A DNA stretch of 38,161 nt from positions 1 to 38,161 of the forward strand of contig NDHY01000007.1 of assembly GCA_003574845.1 (NCBI GenBank), written 5' to 3'. Both the position numbers and the translations under genes were made by a program. Positions within the stretch are counted from its first letter, which is position 1, and each line of letters starts with the position of its first letter. Below, piece by piece: positions 12,789-22,902 of this stretch. The stretch is from a candidate division NPL-UPA2 bacterium Unc8. Its GTDB lineage: Bacteria; NPL-UPA2. The notes below the pieces were generated by a model. The model had not been told where the DNA came from. It searched no databases and saw only the letters and a list, made by a program, of their open reading frames with translations.

Positions 12789-12809
12789 ATCTGTCTTATT
12801 ATGCTTCAA

Positions 12810-13766
12810 ATGAGAAGAGGATTCGTAACTGTGGTTTGTTTGCTTTCTGTTGCAGTGCTGTCCCAAACCGCAGATGGAGTGATATTTACCGAAGAAGAGG
12901 TCGCCGAGCATGTCAGAATACTCAGGGAAGAAGGCAGGTTCGCCAGAAGATTTTTAATTATTAATGCTGACGATTTTGGAATGTCCACAGATATAAATGC
13001 GGCGATAATTGAAACATTTCAGTATGGAATAATAACCTCGGCAACATTGATGATGCCCGCCCCGGGAATGCATGAGGCAGTTGAATTTTTGAGAGAGAAT
13101 CCACGAGCGGCCGTGGGGCTTCATCTGACATTGACAAGTGAGTGGGAAAACTATGAGTGGGGACCGGTTTTGCCCCCGGAAGAGATTCCCTCGCTCTTGG
13201 AACCTAATACAAAGCACTTCTGGCCTGAAATTTGGCCTCTCCTCCTGCATGCAAACACCGAAGAGGTAGAAAAAGAGATAGAAGCGCAGGTAGCTCTTGC
13301 TCATGAGATGGGCGTAAGTTTTACTCACTTTGACTCTCATATGGGGTGGTCAAACTTTGACTTTATCGTTGGCAGCAGAATGTTTAACGCTATATTCCCC
13401 ATAGTAGAAAGAGAGCGCGTTCCTATAAGGGAGACATTGCCGCTTAGAAGATGGCGGCTAAGAGAAAAAGGTATATGGACCCAAGACCGCATAAATTTTA
13501 CAATTTCATTAACTCCATTATTAGGCAGGCAGAGAGCCAGATTTATTCACGCTTTGAGAAATCTACCTCGCGGCATCACTGAGATAAATTTTCACCCGGC
13601 ACGGGATTCAAAAGAACTGAGAAAAATTTTTTCTGACTGGCAATTTCGCGTCAATGAAAGGGAATTGCTTTTGTGCAAGGAAATAAAGCAAATAATTGAA
13701 GATGAGGGAATAGTTCTCATCAGCTTTGAGCCACTCAAGATACTTTCTCGGGAGAGTGGTGAATGA
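12810..13766 (+). CDS. YdjC/ChbG/HpnK-family carbohydrate deacetylase with probable signal peptide
   Basis: IINADDFG, GLHLTLTSEW, THFDSHMG, FHP; MRR plus hydrophobic N-terminus; start 12801 or 12810. Confidence 0.85.
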   Translation: MRRGFVTVVCLLSVAVLSQTADGVIFTEEEVAEHVRILREEGRFARRFLIINADDFGMSTDINAAIIETFQYGIITSATLMMPAPGMHEAVEFLRENPRAAVGLHLTLTSEWENYEWGPVLPPEEIPSLLEPNTKHFWPEIWPLLLHANTEEVEKEIEAQVALAHEMGVSFTHFDSHMGWSNFDFIVGSRMFNAIFPIVERERVPIRETLPLRRWRLREKGIWTQDRINFTISLTPLLGRQRARFIHALRNLPRGITEINFHPARDSKELRKIFSDWQFRVNERELLLCKEIKQIIEDEGIVLISFEPLKILSRESGE

Positions 13767-16441
13767 AAAATAAGCATAAGTTTGAGGAAATCCTTCTTTT
13801 TCCTCATTACCATTTTGATCTGGAGTGGTGGAAGACTAAAGAAGAATACCAGATTGTGATGGAGGAGGTCTTCACCGCTGCTTTTAAATTATTAGAAGAA
13901 TACTCTGAATTTACCTATGTGATTGACCAGGTGGCATCCATAGAGCCGTATTTAAGGAAATATCCCGAAAAGAGAGAAATCCTTAAAAAATATATCAGAA
14001 ATGGCAGGGTGGAAGTTGTTGGCGGCACATGGTCAGCTCCTGATGAGAATCTTCCTTATGGAGAGTCCCTTATCAGGGGATTTATCCTGGGCAGGCATTA
14101 CTTCAGGAGAGAATTTGACACTGAAGTAAAAATTGCCTGGGAAATAGATGAGTTTGGCCACCCTTCTCAACTCCCGCAGATTTTAAGAAAATGTGGGTTT
14201 GATTACTTTGCTTTTTCCCGGGGGATGAAGCCATACGATGCGAAACGCCCTGTGGACTTTTACTGGGAAGCTCCTGATAAGACAAGAATTAAGACACACT
14301 GGATGTGCTGTCATTACATTGGTCTCACCTCTCTCATAGGCGGAAAGCAGAGTTACAAGGCATTTTCCAAAGAGCTTTCATCACGCTTGCAGTATGAAGG
14401 AGAGCGCAGTGGCATGGGAGCCCTTTTTGTCCCCTGTGGCAGTGATTTTACTATTCCTGAGAAAAGCTGGTTGACATCTGTGAAAAGATGGAACCTCGCA
14501 AATAATCCTAAAATAACCTTTGCCACGCCAGTTAGCTATTTTAAGAGGCTTGATACTGAAAAAGGCGATAGTATAGACGTCCACCGTGGGGATTTTAACC
14601 CACTTTTTACCGGGTGTTACACTTCACGCGAGAGGGTTAAAAAACTGTGTCGCCTGTCGCAAAATCTGGCACTCCAGACTGAAACCCTATGTGCAATTGC
14701 AACTGCATTGGGGGGCTTCAATTACCCACAGAAAGCAATAGGAGAGGCATGGGTCAATATCATTGAGAATGATTCTCATGATTCTATCTGCGGCACCGGA
14801 GTGGATAGAGTTTATGTGGATACACTAAAGAGATACAGGATAGCGCTAAACCTTCTGGAGAAAGAGAAAAAAGCGGCAGTAGGCTCTATAGCGAAAAGAA
14901 TTAAGGTAAAGGAAGCGACGGCGGCTTATGCAGTCTTTAATAGTCTTGGCTGGAAGAGGTTGGAGTTGGCTTCATTCCCCGCTCCCGGTAAAGACGAAAC
15001 TTCTTTCTCTGTTACTGATGCTACTGGAGAAGCCCTGCCGGTGCAAATCAATGATGGAGGAGCCCTGGTGTTAACGGAAGTTCCCTCAATGGGGTATAAG
15101 ATTCTCTATGTGCAAAAAAAAGCAAAAAAAAGACCTGACTCTGAAGAAATGCCATTGATTCTGGATAAAGAAAACCTTATTGTGAGCAATAAATTTTACA
15201 CAGCGAAGATATGCCCGGATAGCGGGAACATAAGGAGCTTAAAGATAGAGGGTGGCGGTGAGCTAATCAATAACAGAGAGTTTCTTGCCAATGAACTCCT
15301 TATAGAAGAAGATGCTGGAAATCTCTGGACTATTCATACTGTTGGTAATGCGGCGAGAGAGACAGGAATGGCAAAAGTCAGGATAAAAGAATCAGGAAAC
15401 TTACGTGTAATAATAGAAGTGGAGAGGTCATATCACCACATGTTCGTTAAAAAAGAGATAACCTTTTATGTTCATACCCGGCGCATTGATTTTCTAACCT
15501 CAATTAATTTTAAGGGGAAAGATAAAAAGGTGAAGGTGGTTTTTCCCCTTAATTTGAAAGGCAAAAAACATTATGTTGAAACTCCATTTTGCGTGGAGGA
15601 AAAAGGCGGCGGCGTCTGGTGCGCTCAAAATTTTACTGATGTAACTGACGGCAAAGAAGGTCTGGCTGTTATAAATAGCGGAATTCCGGGATGTGAAATT
15701 AAAGACGATTATCTTGCCTTGAATTTATTCAGGAGTGTCTCTGTCCTTTCTCTTACTTTTCTAAAGTTCATTGTAGAGCATTTCAGAGAAATAATGACTG
15801 CTTTTAAAAAAGTTTATGAATTACAGATAAAATCTATATTTGAGATGGCAATGTATGAGGTTCATGGGCTTTCCTTGCGGCAATGGTCATCTCATGGTTT
15901 ATCGCTCTCCCAAAAACCATCTCCAGTTAACATTCTGGAGCATTTAGCCCCTTATCTTTTGCTCTTCCGGGAAGCGAAGTGCTGGGAAAGAGGGTGGCAT
16001 CATTTTAATTATGCCGCCTACCCCCATAAAGGTGATTTTACCCACGCTGAGTTGCCCTTCAAAGGCTGGGAGTTTAATAATCCACTGGAGGTAATCAAAG
16101 TTGATGTGGGAGATGGCGAGCTGTCAGAGGAAATCTCTCTATTTGAATTGTCGTCGGATGCTATTTTGCTATCAGCAAAAAAGAGCGAAGAAGACGACTC
16201 CCTGATATTACGATGCTACGAACCATACGGAAAAGATAAAAAAAACACCAGAGTAACTATTGGTAACATAAACGGAGTAAAGGATAAATCGCAGTATCTC
16301 AAGGCAGAGAAAGTATCTCTGGATGAAAGGTTGTTATATGAAAAACTCGTCTATGACCCTAACAAATGCGAGGTAAAGCTGCCTCTTTCTGCCTGGGAGA
16401 TTGCGGCACTTAAAATAGATGGACTTACCACTAATAGTTAG
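13763..16441 (+). CDS. Glycoside hydrolase family 38 (alpha-mannosidase-like)
   Basis: HYHFDLEW Zn ligands, PDENLPYGES, WEIDEFGH nucleophile, GCYTSR, HDSICGT. Confidence 0.88.
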   Translation: MKNKHKFEEILLFPHYHFDLEWWKTKEEYQIVMEEVFTAAFKLLEEYSEFTYVIDQVASIEPYLRKYPEKREILKKYIRNGRVEVVGGTWSAPDENLPYGESLIRGFILGRHYFRREFDTEVKIAWEIDEFGHPSQLPQILRKCGFDYFAFSRGMKPYDAKRPVDFYWEAPDKTRIKTHWMCCHYIGLTSLIGGKQSYKAFSKELSSRLQYEGERSGMGALFVPCGSDFTIPEKSWLTSVKRWNLANNPKITFATPVSYFKRLDTEKGDSIDVHRGDFNPLFTGCYTSRERVKKLCRLSQNLALQTETLCAIATALGGFNYPQKAIGEAWVNIIENDSHDSICGTGVDRVYVDTLKRYRIALNLLEKEKKAAVGSIAKRIKVKEATAAYAVFNSLGWKRLELASFPAPGKDETSFSVTDATGEALPVQINDGGALVLTEVPSMGYKILYVQKKAKKRPDSEEMPLILDKENLIVSNKFYTAKICPDSGNIRSLKIEGGGELINNREFLANELLIEEDAGNLWTIHTVGNAARETGMAKVRIKESGNLRVIIEVERSYHHMFVKKEITFYVHTRRIDFLTSINFKGKDKKVKVVFPLNLKGKKHYVETPFCVEEKGGGVWCAQNFTDVTDGKEGLAVINSGIPGCEIKDDYLALNLFRSVSVLSLTFLKFIVEHFREIMTAFKKVYELQIKSIFEMAMYEVHGLSLRQWSSHGLSLSQKPSPVNILEHLAPYLLLFREAKCWERGWHHFNYAAYPHKGDFTHAELPFKGWEFNNPLEVIKVDVGDGELSEEISLFELSSDAILLSAKKSEEDDSLILRCYEPYGKDKKNTRVTIGNINGVKDKSQYLKAEKVSLDERLLYEKLVYDPNKCEVKLPLSAWEIAALKIDGLTTNS

Positions 16442-17789
16442 CACTTCAGGAATAAGAGGGATAGTTGGAGAGGGGATTACCCCGGAGGTAGTCTCCCGCC
16501 TTGCTGCCTCTTATGCAACAACATTACGCCACCGCCGCGTGGTTTTAGGGTCTGACACTCGTCCGTCCCGGGAAATGTGTCGCCATGCGGTGCTCGCCGG
16601 GCTTATCTCTACAGGATGTGAAATAATTGATATTGGAATTTGCCCCACTCCATCGGTACAGATTATGGTTGATAAATGCGAAGCAGGAGGTGGAATTGCA
16701 ATTACCGCCAGCCATAATCCTGTTCACTGGAATGCTCTCAAGCTCTTTAATGAAAACGGCCTTTTTCTCTCGCACAATCAGTTAGAACGGATTCTGAATA
16801 TTTATCATCAGTCATTGTCCAGGGTTACGGAAGGTGGGATAAAAAGAGCCTCTTTTAGCCGTCTTGGCAAGGTGAGGGAGGAGCACTCAACATTTGATGT
16901 GCATATAGAGAAGATACTTCAGGGTTTAAATGTAGGGCTAATAAGAAAAAAGAAATTTCGGATTGCCCTGGATTGCGTTAATGGCGCCGGCTCTATCATT
17001 ACTCCCATTTTCCTCCGCGAGCTTAACTGCACAATCACAGCGATAAACACGAATCCTCGTGAGGATTTCCCGCATCCACCGGAGCCATCTCCAAAGAATC
17101 TGCAACAGCTTTCTTCTCTGGTTAGAGAAGGCAGGTTTGATGCTGGTTTTGCGCAAGACCCTGATGCCGACAGATTGGCAATTGTCACAGAAGGAGGCAT
17201 TGCCTTAAGCGAGGAATGCTCTATTGTTCTTGCGACAATAGCTGTTCTTGAGGAGAAAAGGGGAGCGGTTGTCGTCAATCTTTCCACCACAAGAGCCATA
17301 GATGACATTGCCGCTGCATTTGGCTGCCCTGTATTCAGGTCAAGAATAGGCGAGAGAAATGTAGTAACGGCAATGAAGAGGCATCGGGCTGTAATTGGTG
17401 GAGAGGGAAGCGGCGGGGTGATATACCCTCGCGTTCACTATGCTCGGGATAGTATGGTAGCAATTGGACTCATTCTCCAACACATGGCAGGGTCCGGCAG
17501 GAAACTTTCTGAAATTGTTGCCTCTCACCCGCGATATCATCTGATAAAACAATATATCCTCTGCGCTCCCGAAAAGAAAGAGAAGCTGCTTGCTGACCTG
17601 AAAGAACAACTAAAAGGAGAAAGGCTTGATGTAAGAGACGGGATTAAGATTATAAGAAAAGATTCCTGGGCGCACATCAGGTCGTCAAAGACCGAGCCGG
17701 CCATCAGGATACTTGCTGAAGCGCCAACCAAAAGAGGAGCAAACGAGCTTTTTAATTTCATCGTTGACAAAATAGAAATGCCTGACTGA
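16419..17789 (+). CDS. Alpha-D-phosphohexomutase (phosphoglucosamine mutase or phosphomannomutase)
   Basis: SGIRG, ITASHNP phosphoserine, DPDADR, GGEGSGG, RSSKTEP. Confidence 0.9.
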   Translation: MDLPLIVSTSGIRGIVGEGITPEVVSRLAASYATTLRHRRVVLGSDTRPSREMCRHAVLAGLISTGCEIIDIGICPTPSVQIMVDKCEAGGGIAITASHNPVHWNALKLFNENGLFLSHNQLERILNIYHQSLSRVTEGGIKRASFSRLGKVREEHSTFDVHIEKILQGLNVGLIRKKKFRIALDCVNGAGSIITPIFLRELNCTITAINTNPREDFPHPPEPSPKNLQQLSSLVREGRFDAGFAQDPDADRLAIVTEGGIALSEECSIVLATIAVLEEKRGAVVVNLSTTRAIDDIAAAFGCPVFRSRIGERNVVTAMKRHRAVIGGEGSGGVIYPRVHYARDSMVAIGLILQHMAGSGRKLSEIVASHPRYHLIKQYILCAPEKKEKLLADLKEQLKGERLDVRDGIKIIRKDSWAHIRSSKTEPAIRILAEAPTKRGANELFNFIVDKIEMPD

Positions 17790-17800
17790 AGGCTATTAGA

Positions 17801-17835
17801 GAGGCACAGAGGCACAGAGGCACAGAGGCACAGAG
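17801..17835 (+). repeat. Octamer array (GAGGCACA) x4
   Basis: Perfect tandem repeats starting 12 nt after the mutase stop. Confidence 0.9.
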
Positions 17836-17980
17836 AAGCCTAAACTCTAAATACGAAACTCGAAACAAACTCAAAACTCAAATGACCGAAATTCAAGACG
17901 TAGTTTTGGTTATTTGGATTTGGAACATTTGAATTTATTTAGCCCTGAATCAAGTTCAGGGTAGGGTTTAGGGTTTGTAA
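17836..17980. repeat. Long imperfect inverted repeat (A/C-rich arm, G/T-rich arm) with an inserted 19-bp palindrome
   Basis: aaactctaaatacgaaactcgaaacaaactcaaa... versus ...tttgaatttatttag...ggtttagggttt; CCCTGAA-TCAAG-TTCAGGG at 17943-17961. Confidence 0.6.
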
Positions 17981-18084
17981 TTGATGACTGGTGCACTGGT
18001 GACTGGTGCTCTATTTTGAAAACAAGGAAGACTCAGGAAAAGGGAACAAAACAGGAAAAGGGAATAATTTTTTTACGGTCGTAA

Positions 18085-18405
18085 TATGTCAAGTGTGGAG
18101 ACCTGACCCCGTTATTATTCAAAGGAGGGCTGAAGTCGCTCTATCAGGAATTAAATGAAATCCATCCTTTACCAAAAGAACTCTTTTCTCGCACTGTCTC
18201 AGATTCAATAAGTGATTATTACTGTCAGCATGGCCTGGTCAAGACCTATTCTGCCCTGGACAATGCTTACCGCAGTGGCACTTTTAAGGCTCAAAAAATT
18301 AACCGCCACTTCCGCCTGAGACTGCCTTCCATTCTAATGGGAGTCGCCGGCTATTATATCCCCCGGTTACCTTACAATCTGTGGAAACTGCTCAGAGAGT
18401 CTTAG
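18085..18405 (+). pseudogene. Start-less open frame of 106 sense codons, probable 3' gene remnant
   Basis: FKGGLKSLYQELNEIHPLPKELFSRTVSDSISDYYCQHGLVKTY...NLWKLLRES*; 5' end abuts the ACCTGACCCC motif; followed by AGGCACAA like other gene ends. Confidence 0.45.
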
Positions 18406-18427
18406 CAGAGGCACAAAGGCTAATAGG

Positions 18428-19772
<1,345 letters not shown>

Positions 19773-19775
19773 TAC

Positions 19776-21008
19776 TTAAGGAGGAGTGACAGTAAGTATT
19801 TTTCTTGCTTGCTCAGGATAGCAAGCAATAAATTTTAGCTCGTCGTTTGTAAGCGGCTTCTGGGTGTGAACATTTGCATAGCGAACAAGCTCCAGAATCT
19901 TTACTGCTTCAGCGTCACTGTGGAACTCTACCTCTAATTTGTCGTAAATGTTGCGGAATCCCTTGATGCCGCTGTACTCCCCAGCAGTAATTTTACGCCC
20001 TGTATCCACAAGCTCGGGCTCCCCCCTGCCCAACTCCCTGAAATCGTAGAGCTCATAATTCCTGCTATCCTTAAGAGCGCCGTCAGCGTGAATGCCAGAT
20101 TCATGGGCAAAGGCATTCTCTCCCACCCCCACCTGGTTTATGGGAATAGGAATACCAAAGGCATAGGATGCATATTTGCTAATCTTCCAGGATTTTGAAA
20201 TGTCAATCCTTTCATCAAGAAAATACTTGTTTTCCATTCCGCTTGACCTTTTTACTGCTAAAATAACAGAAAGCAAATCAGCATTTCCTGCCCGCTCACC
20301 CATACCATTGATTGAGGTATTAATATAGGCATCTACCCCTGCATCAATTGCTCCCTTTGCTCCGGCGACAGAGCAGGCAACAGCCATGCCAAGGTCATTA
20401 TGGCAGTGAAGTTCAATAGGAATCTTAACTGCCTTAACAAGGTTTCCTATTCTCTGATAGATAGTAAATGGATCATTGTATCCAAGAGTATCACAGTATC
20501 TAAAGCGGCTTGCCCCCTCATCACGGGCAGCTTTTGCAAACTTGATGAGGTATTTGTCATTAGTGCGCGAGGCATCCTCCGCATTAACTCCAACCGTTTC
20601 TGCTCCTAATTTTTTTGCTTCTCTCACAGCATTAACCATCATTTTTAATATATCACTACGATTCTTACGACCCTCGAACTTGCCCTTAATCATCTGGTCT
20701 GAGGTTGATATTGAAATGTTGACATGCTTGATATTGGTTAAACGAAAAGATTTTGTAATCTCCCTGATGATTACCGGGCACCAACCCCCTAAAATCATTG
20801 GGCTGATAACTCCCATCTCAGCAAGCTCCAGGTTTGCATTTACATAGTTTATCTCATGATTTGTGTATGGAAACCCGAGCTCGCTCTGATAAACGCCCAT
20901 TTTATTTAAGAAAATATTAATTATTGTCTTCTCGAGTTTTGCCAATCCCAACCTTGATGTTTGTACTCCATCCCGGTTCGTCACATCAATAATGTATATC
21001 TTATTCAT
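19776..21008 (-). CDS. DRE-TIM metallolyase: homocitrate-synthase-like, possibly Re-citrate synthase
   Basis: DVTNRDGVQ, HCHNDLGMA, GERAGN, FAHESGIH; no LeuA regulatory domain; ATG 21008 with upstream AAGGA SD. Confidence 0.8.
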   Translation of the reverse strand: MNKIYIIDVTNRDGVQTSRLGLAKLEKTIINIFLNKMGVYQSELGFPYTNHEINYVNANLELAEMGVISPMILGGWCPVIIREITKSFRLTNIKHVNISISTSDQMIKGKFEGRKNRSDILKMMVNAVREAKKLGAETVGVNAEDASRTNDKYLIKFAKAARDEGASRFRYCDTLGYNDPFTIYQRIGNLVKAVKIPIELHCHNDLGMAVACSVAGAKGAIDAGVDAYINTSINGMGERAGNADLLSVILAVKRSSGMENKYFLDERIDISKSWKISKYASYAFGIPIPINQVGVGENAFAHESGIHADGALKDSRNYELYDFRELGRGEPELVDTGRKITAGEYSGIKGFRNIYDKLEVEFHSDAEAVKILELVRYANVHTQKPLTNDELKFIACYPEQARKILTVTPP

Positions 21009-21036
21009 TGAGAGTCCTTTCCTCAATAGATTTGCA

Positions 21037-21071
21037 TAAAAGTAGCGGGGCACACCTCTCGCCCCGCTACT
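21037..21071 (-). terminator. Intrinsic terminator
   Basis: 11-bp perfect stem AGTAGCGGGGC/GCCCCGCTACT followed by a U tract on the - strand. Confidence 0.75.
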
Positions 21072-21196
21072 AAGTTAACCCCGCCCTCTATGCTAAATGT
21101 ATTAATTTCCTTATGCTTAGAGAGCGGGATAACTTCCATTAAAGCTTCCTAAACATAGGAATTTGAGAAATTCCTATATACATAGGATGACTCTAA
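21072..21196 (-). ncRNA. Putative structured RNA: two long hairpins
   Basis: Stems 21138-21196 and 21072-21135, whose mismatches become G-U pairs only on the - strand. Confidence 0.45.
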
Positions 21197-21206
21197 AGCC
21201 ATCTCC

Positions 21207-21329
21207 TTATTTTTTCTTCTTCCTCCTGCCGCGAGCCATCTTCGCCCGTGAGATATCTCCAGCCTTGTCAACATAGTAAAGATACCCCTCTTCCCTCTTT
21301 ACACCAACTTTGGTTACTTTCTCTGCCAT
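21207..21329 (-). CDS. Small basic 40-aa protein MAEKVTKVGVKREEGYLYYVDKAGDISRAKMARGRRKKKK
   Basis: ATG with GGAGGTGA SD 7 nt upstream; TAA stop; co-oriented with the operon; below the ORF-track cutoff. Confidence 0.85.
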   Translation of the reverse strand: MAEKVTKVGVKREEGYLYYVDKAGDISRAKMARGRRKKKK

Positions 21330-21372
21330 CTCTAAATCACCTCCCTATATTAGGTTTAAAACCAGTAATGGC

Positions 21373-22902
21373 TTATTTGTCAAGCATTTTTTCTTTCAAC
21401 AGCACTATTTTATTTATAGCTTTAAGATAAGCCCTGGCGCTAGCCTCTATAATATCAGTGCTTGACCCCCTCCCCGTTACAGTATTGCTTCCCTCCCTTA
21501 TCCTCACTGTAACCTCACCGAGAGCATCCTTTCCACTGGTAACTGCTCGCAATGAATAATCAAGGAGTTCTCCTTTTACCCCTGTAATACGATCAATCGT
21601 TCGGTAGGCAGCATCAACGGGCCCATCTCCACAGGCGGCATCCTCAAAAACCTCTTCTTTCTTCTCCAACTTAACGGTTGCAGTGGGAACAGTCTGGCTA
21701 CCGCTGGTAACATGGATGTATTTCAGATGGAATACCTCGGGAATAGTTGATATCTCGCCTTGAACTATCGTCTCCAGGTCCTCGTCAAAAACCTCTTTTT
21801 TCTTATCCGCCAACTCCTTAAAGAATACATAGATGCGGTCCAGCTCATTTTTATCCAGTTCATAGCCAAGTTCTCCTAAACGATGCTTTACGGCATGCTT
21901 CCCGGAGCGGCTGGTGAGAATAATTTTACTCTCCTTAAATCCAACTGAGGCGGGAGTCATTATTTCAAATGTCTCTCTCTTTTTAAGTATCCCATCCTGA
22001 TGAATTCCAGAACTGTGAGCGAAGGCATTTTCTCCTACAATTGCCTTATTATGAGCAATGGCCATCCCTGTAAGATGACCCACTAATCGGCTGGTGCGAT
22101 ATATCTCTTTCGTATCTATTTTTGTGGTAAAGTTAAGGAAATCCTTTCTTGCTTTAAGAGTCATCACAATCTCTTCCAGAGAAAGATTTCCTGCTCGTTC
22201 TCCAAGGCCGTTCACGGTGCATTCAACCTGGCGGGCGCCATTCAGGATTGCCGTAAGTGAGTTTGCCATCGCCAGCCCCAGATCATCATGACAGTGAACA
22301 CTTAAAATTACCTTATTGATATTTGCCACATTGTCAATAATCCTTTTTATTAAGTTCCCGAACTCGTCCGGGAGAGCATACCCAACAGTGTCGGGAATGT
22401 TAATGGTCGTAGCGCCGCTATCTATTGTTTTCTCTATCACTTCACAGAGAAAATCAAACCCTGTTCTTGATGCATCCATTGGAGAAAACTCTACATCAAA
22501 AGTCAGGTCTTTAGCTATCTTTACCGCATCTACTGCCATCTTGAGAATTTCCTTTTCCGATTTTTGCATGATGGATTCCCGATGCACCGATGAGGTTCCA
22601 ATGAAGACATGAATGCGCGGCTTCTCTGCTTCTTTGACAGCTTCCCAACATCTTTCAATATCTCCTCTCAATGCCCGTGATAGTCCAGCAATAATTGGTC
22701 CCTTTATGGTCCCGGCAATTTTCCTGACCGCCTCAAAATCCCCTGGCGAAGATATAGGAAATCCTGCCTCAATCACATCTACTCCTAACCTGGCAAGCTG
22801 CCGGGCAATCTCAAGCTTTTCCTTGACATTAAGATGAATCCCCGGAGATTGCTCTCCATCTCGCAAAGTCGTATCAAAAATAATAATCCTGTTTTTTTTC
22901 AT
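21373..22902 (-). CDS. leuA: 2-isopropylmalate synthase
   Basis: [23 protein letters not shown]-terminal regulatory domain (GDGPVDA); ATGA overlap with ilvC. Confidence 0.93.
   Translation of the reverse strand: MKKNRIIIFDTTLRDGEQSPGIHLNVKEKLEIARQLARLGVDVIEAGFPISSPGDFEAVRKIAGTIKGPIIAGLSRALRGDIERCWEAVKEAEKPRIHVFIGTSSVHRESIMQKSEKEILKMAVDAVKIAKDLTFDVEFSPMDASRTGFDFLCEVIEKTIDSGATTINIPDTVGYALPDEFGNLIKRIIDNVANINKVILSVHCHDDLGLAMANSLTAILNGARQVECTVNGLGERAGNLSLEEIVMTLKARKDFLNFTTKIDTKEIYRTSRLVGHLTGMAIAHNKAIVGENAFAHSSGIHQDGILKKRETFEIMTPASVGFKESKIILTSRSGKHAVKHRLGELGYELDKNELDRIYVFFKELADKKKEVFDEDLETIVQGEISTIPEVFHLKYIHVTSGSQTVPTATVKLEKKEEVFEDAACGDGPVDAAYRTIDRITGVKGELLDYSLRAVTSGKDALGEVTVRIREGSNTVTGRGSSTDIIEASARAYLKAINKIVLLKEKMLDK

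Noticed and set aside
18067-18094. dif site at the strand-convergence point
   Set aside because: ATATGTCAAGT resembles a XerD arm, but the putative XerC arm lacks the ATAA end, and the sequence is explained by the GTCAGGTCT-N7-TGAC motif.
21037-21200. Known riboswitch, T-box, 6S, SRP or tRNA
   Set aside because: No T-box, purine or lysine aptamer, SRP or cloverleaf signature could be recognised by eye; kept only as an unknown structure.
21248-21430. 60-aa + strand ORF
   Set aside because: Antisense to the leuA end and to the much better supported 40-aa ORF.
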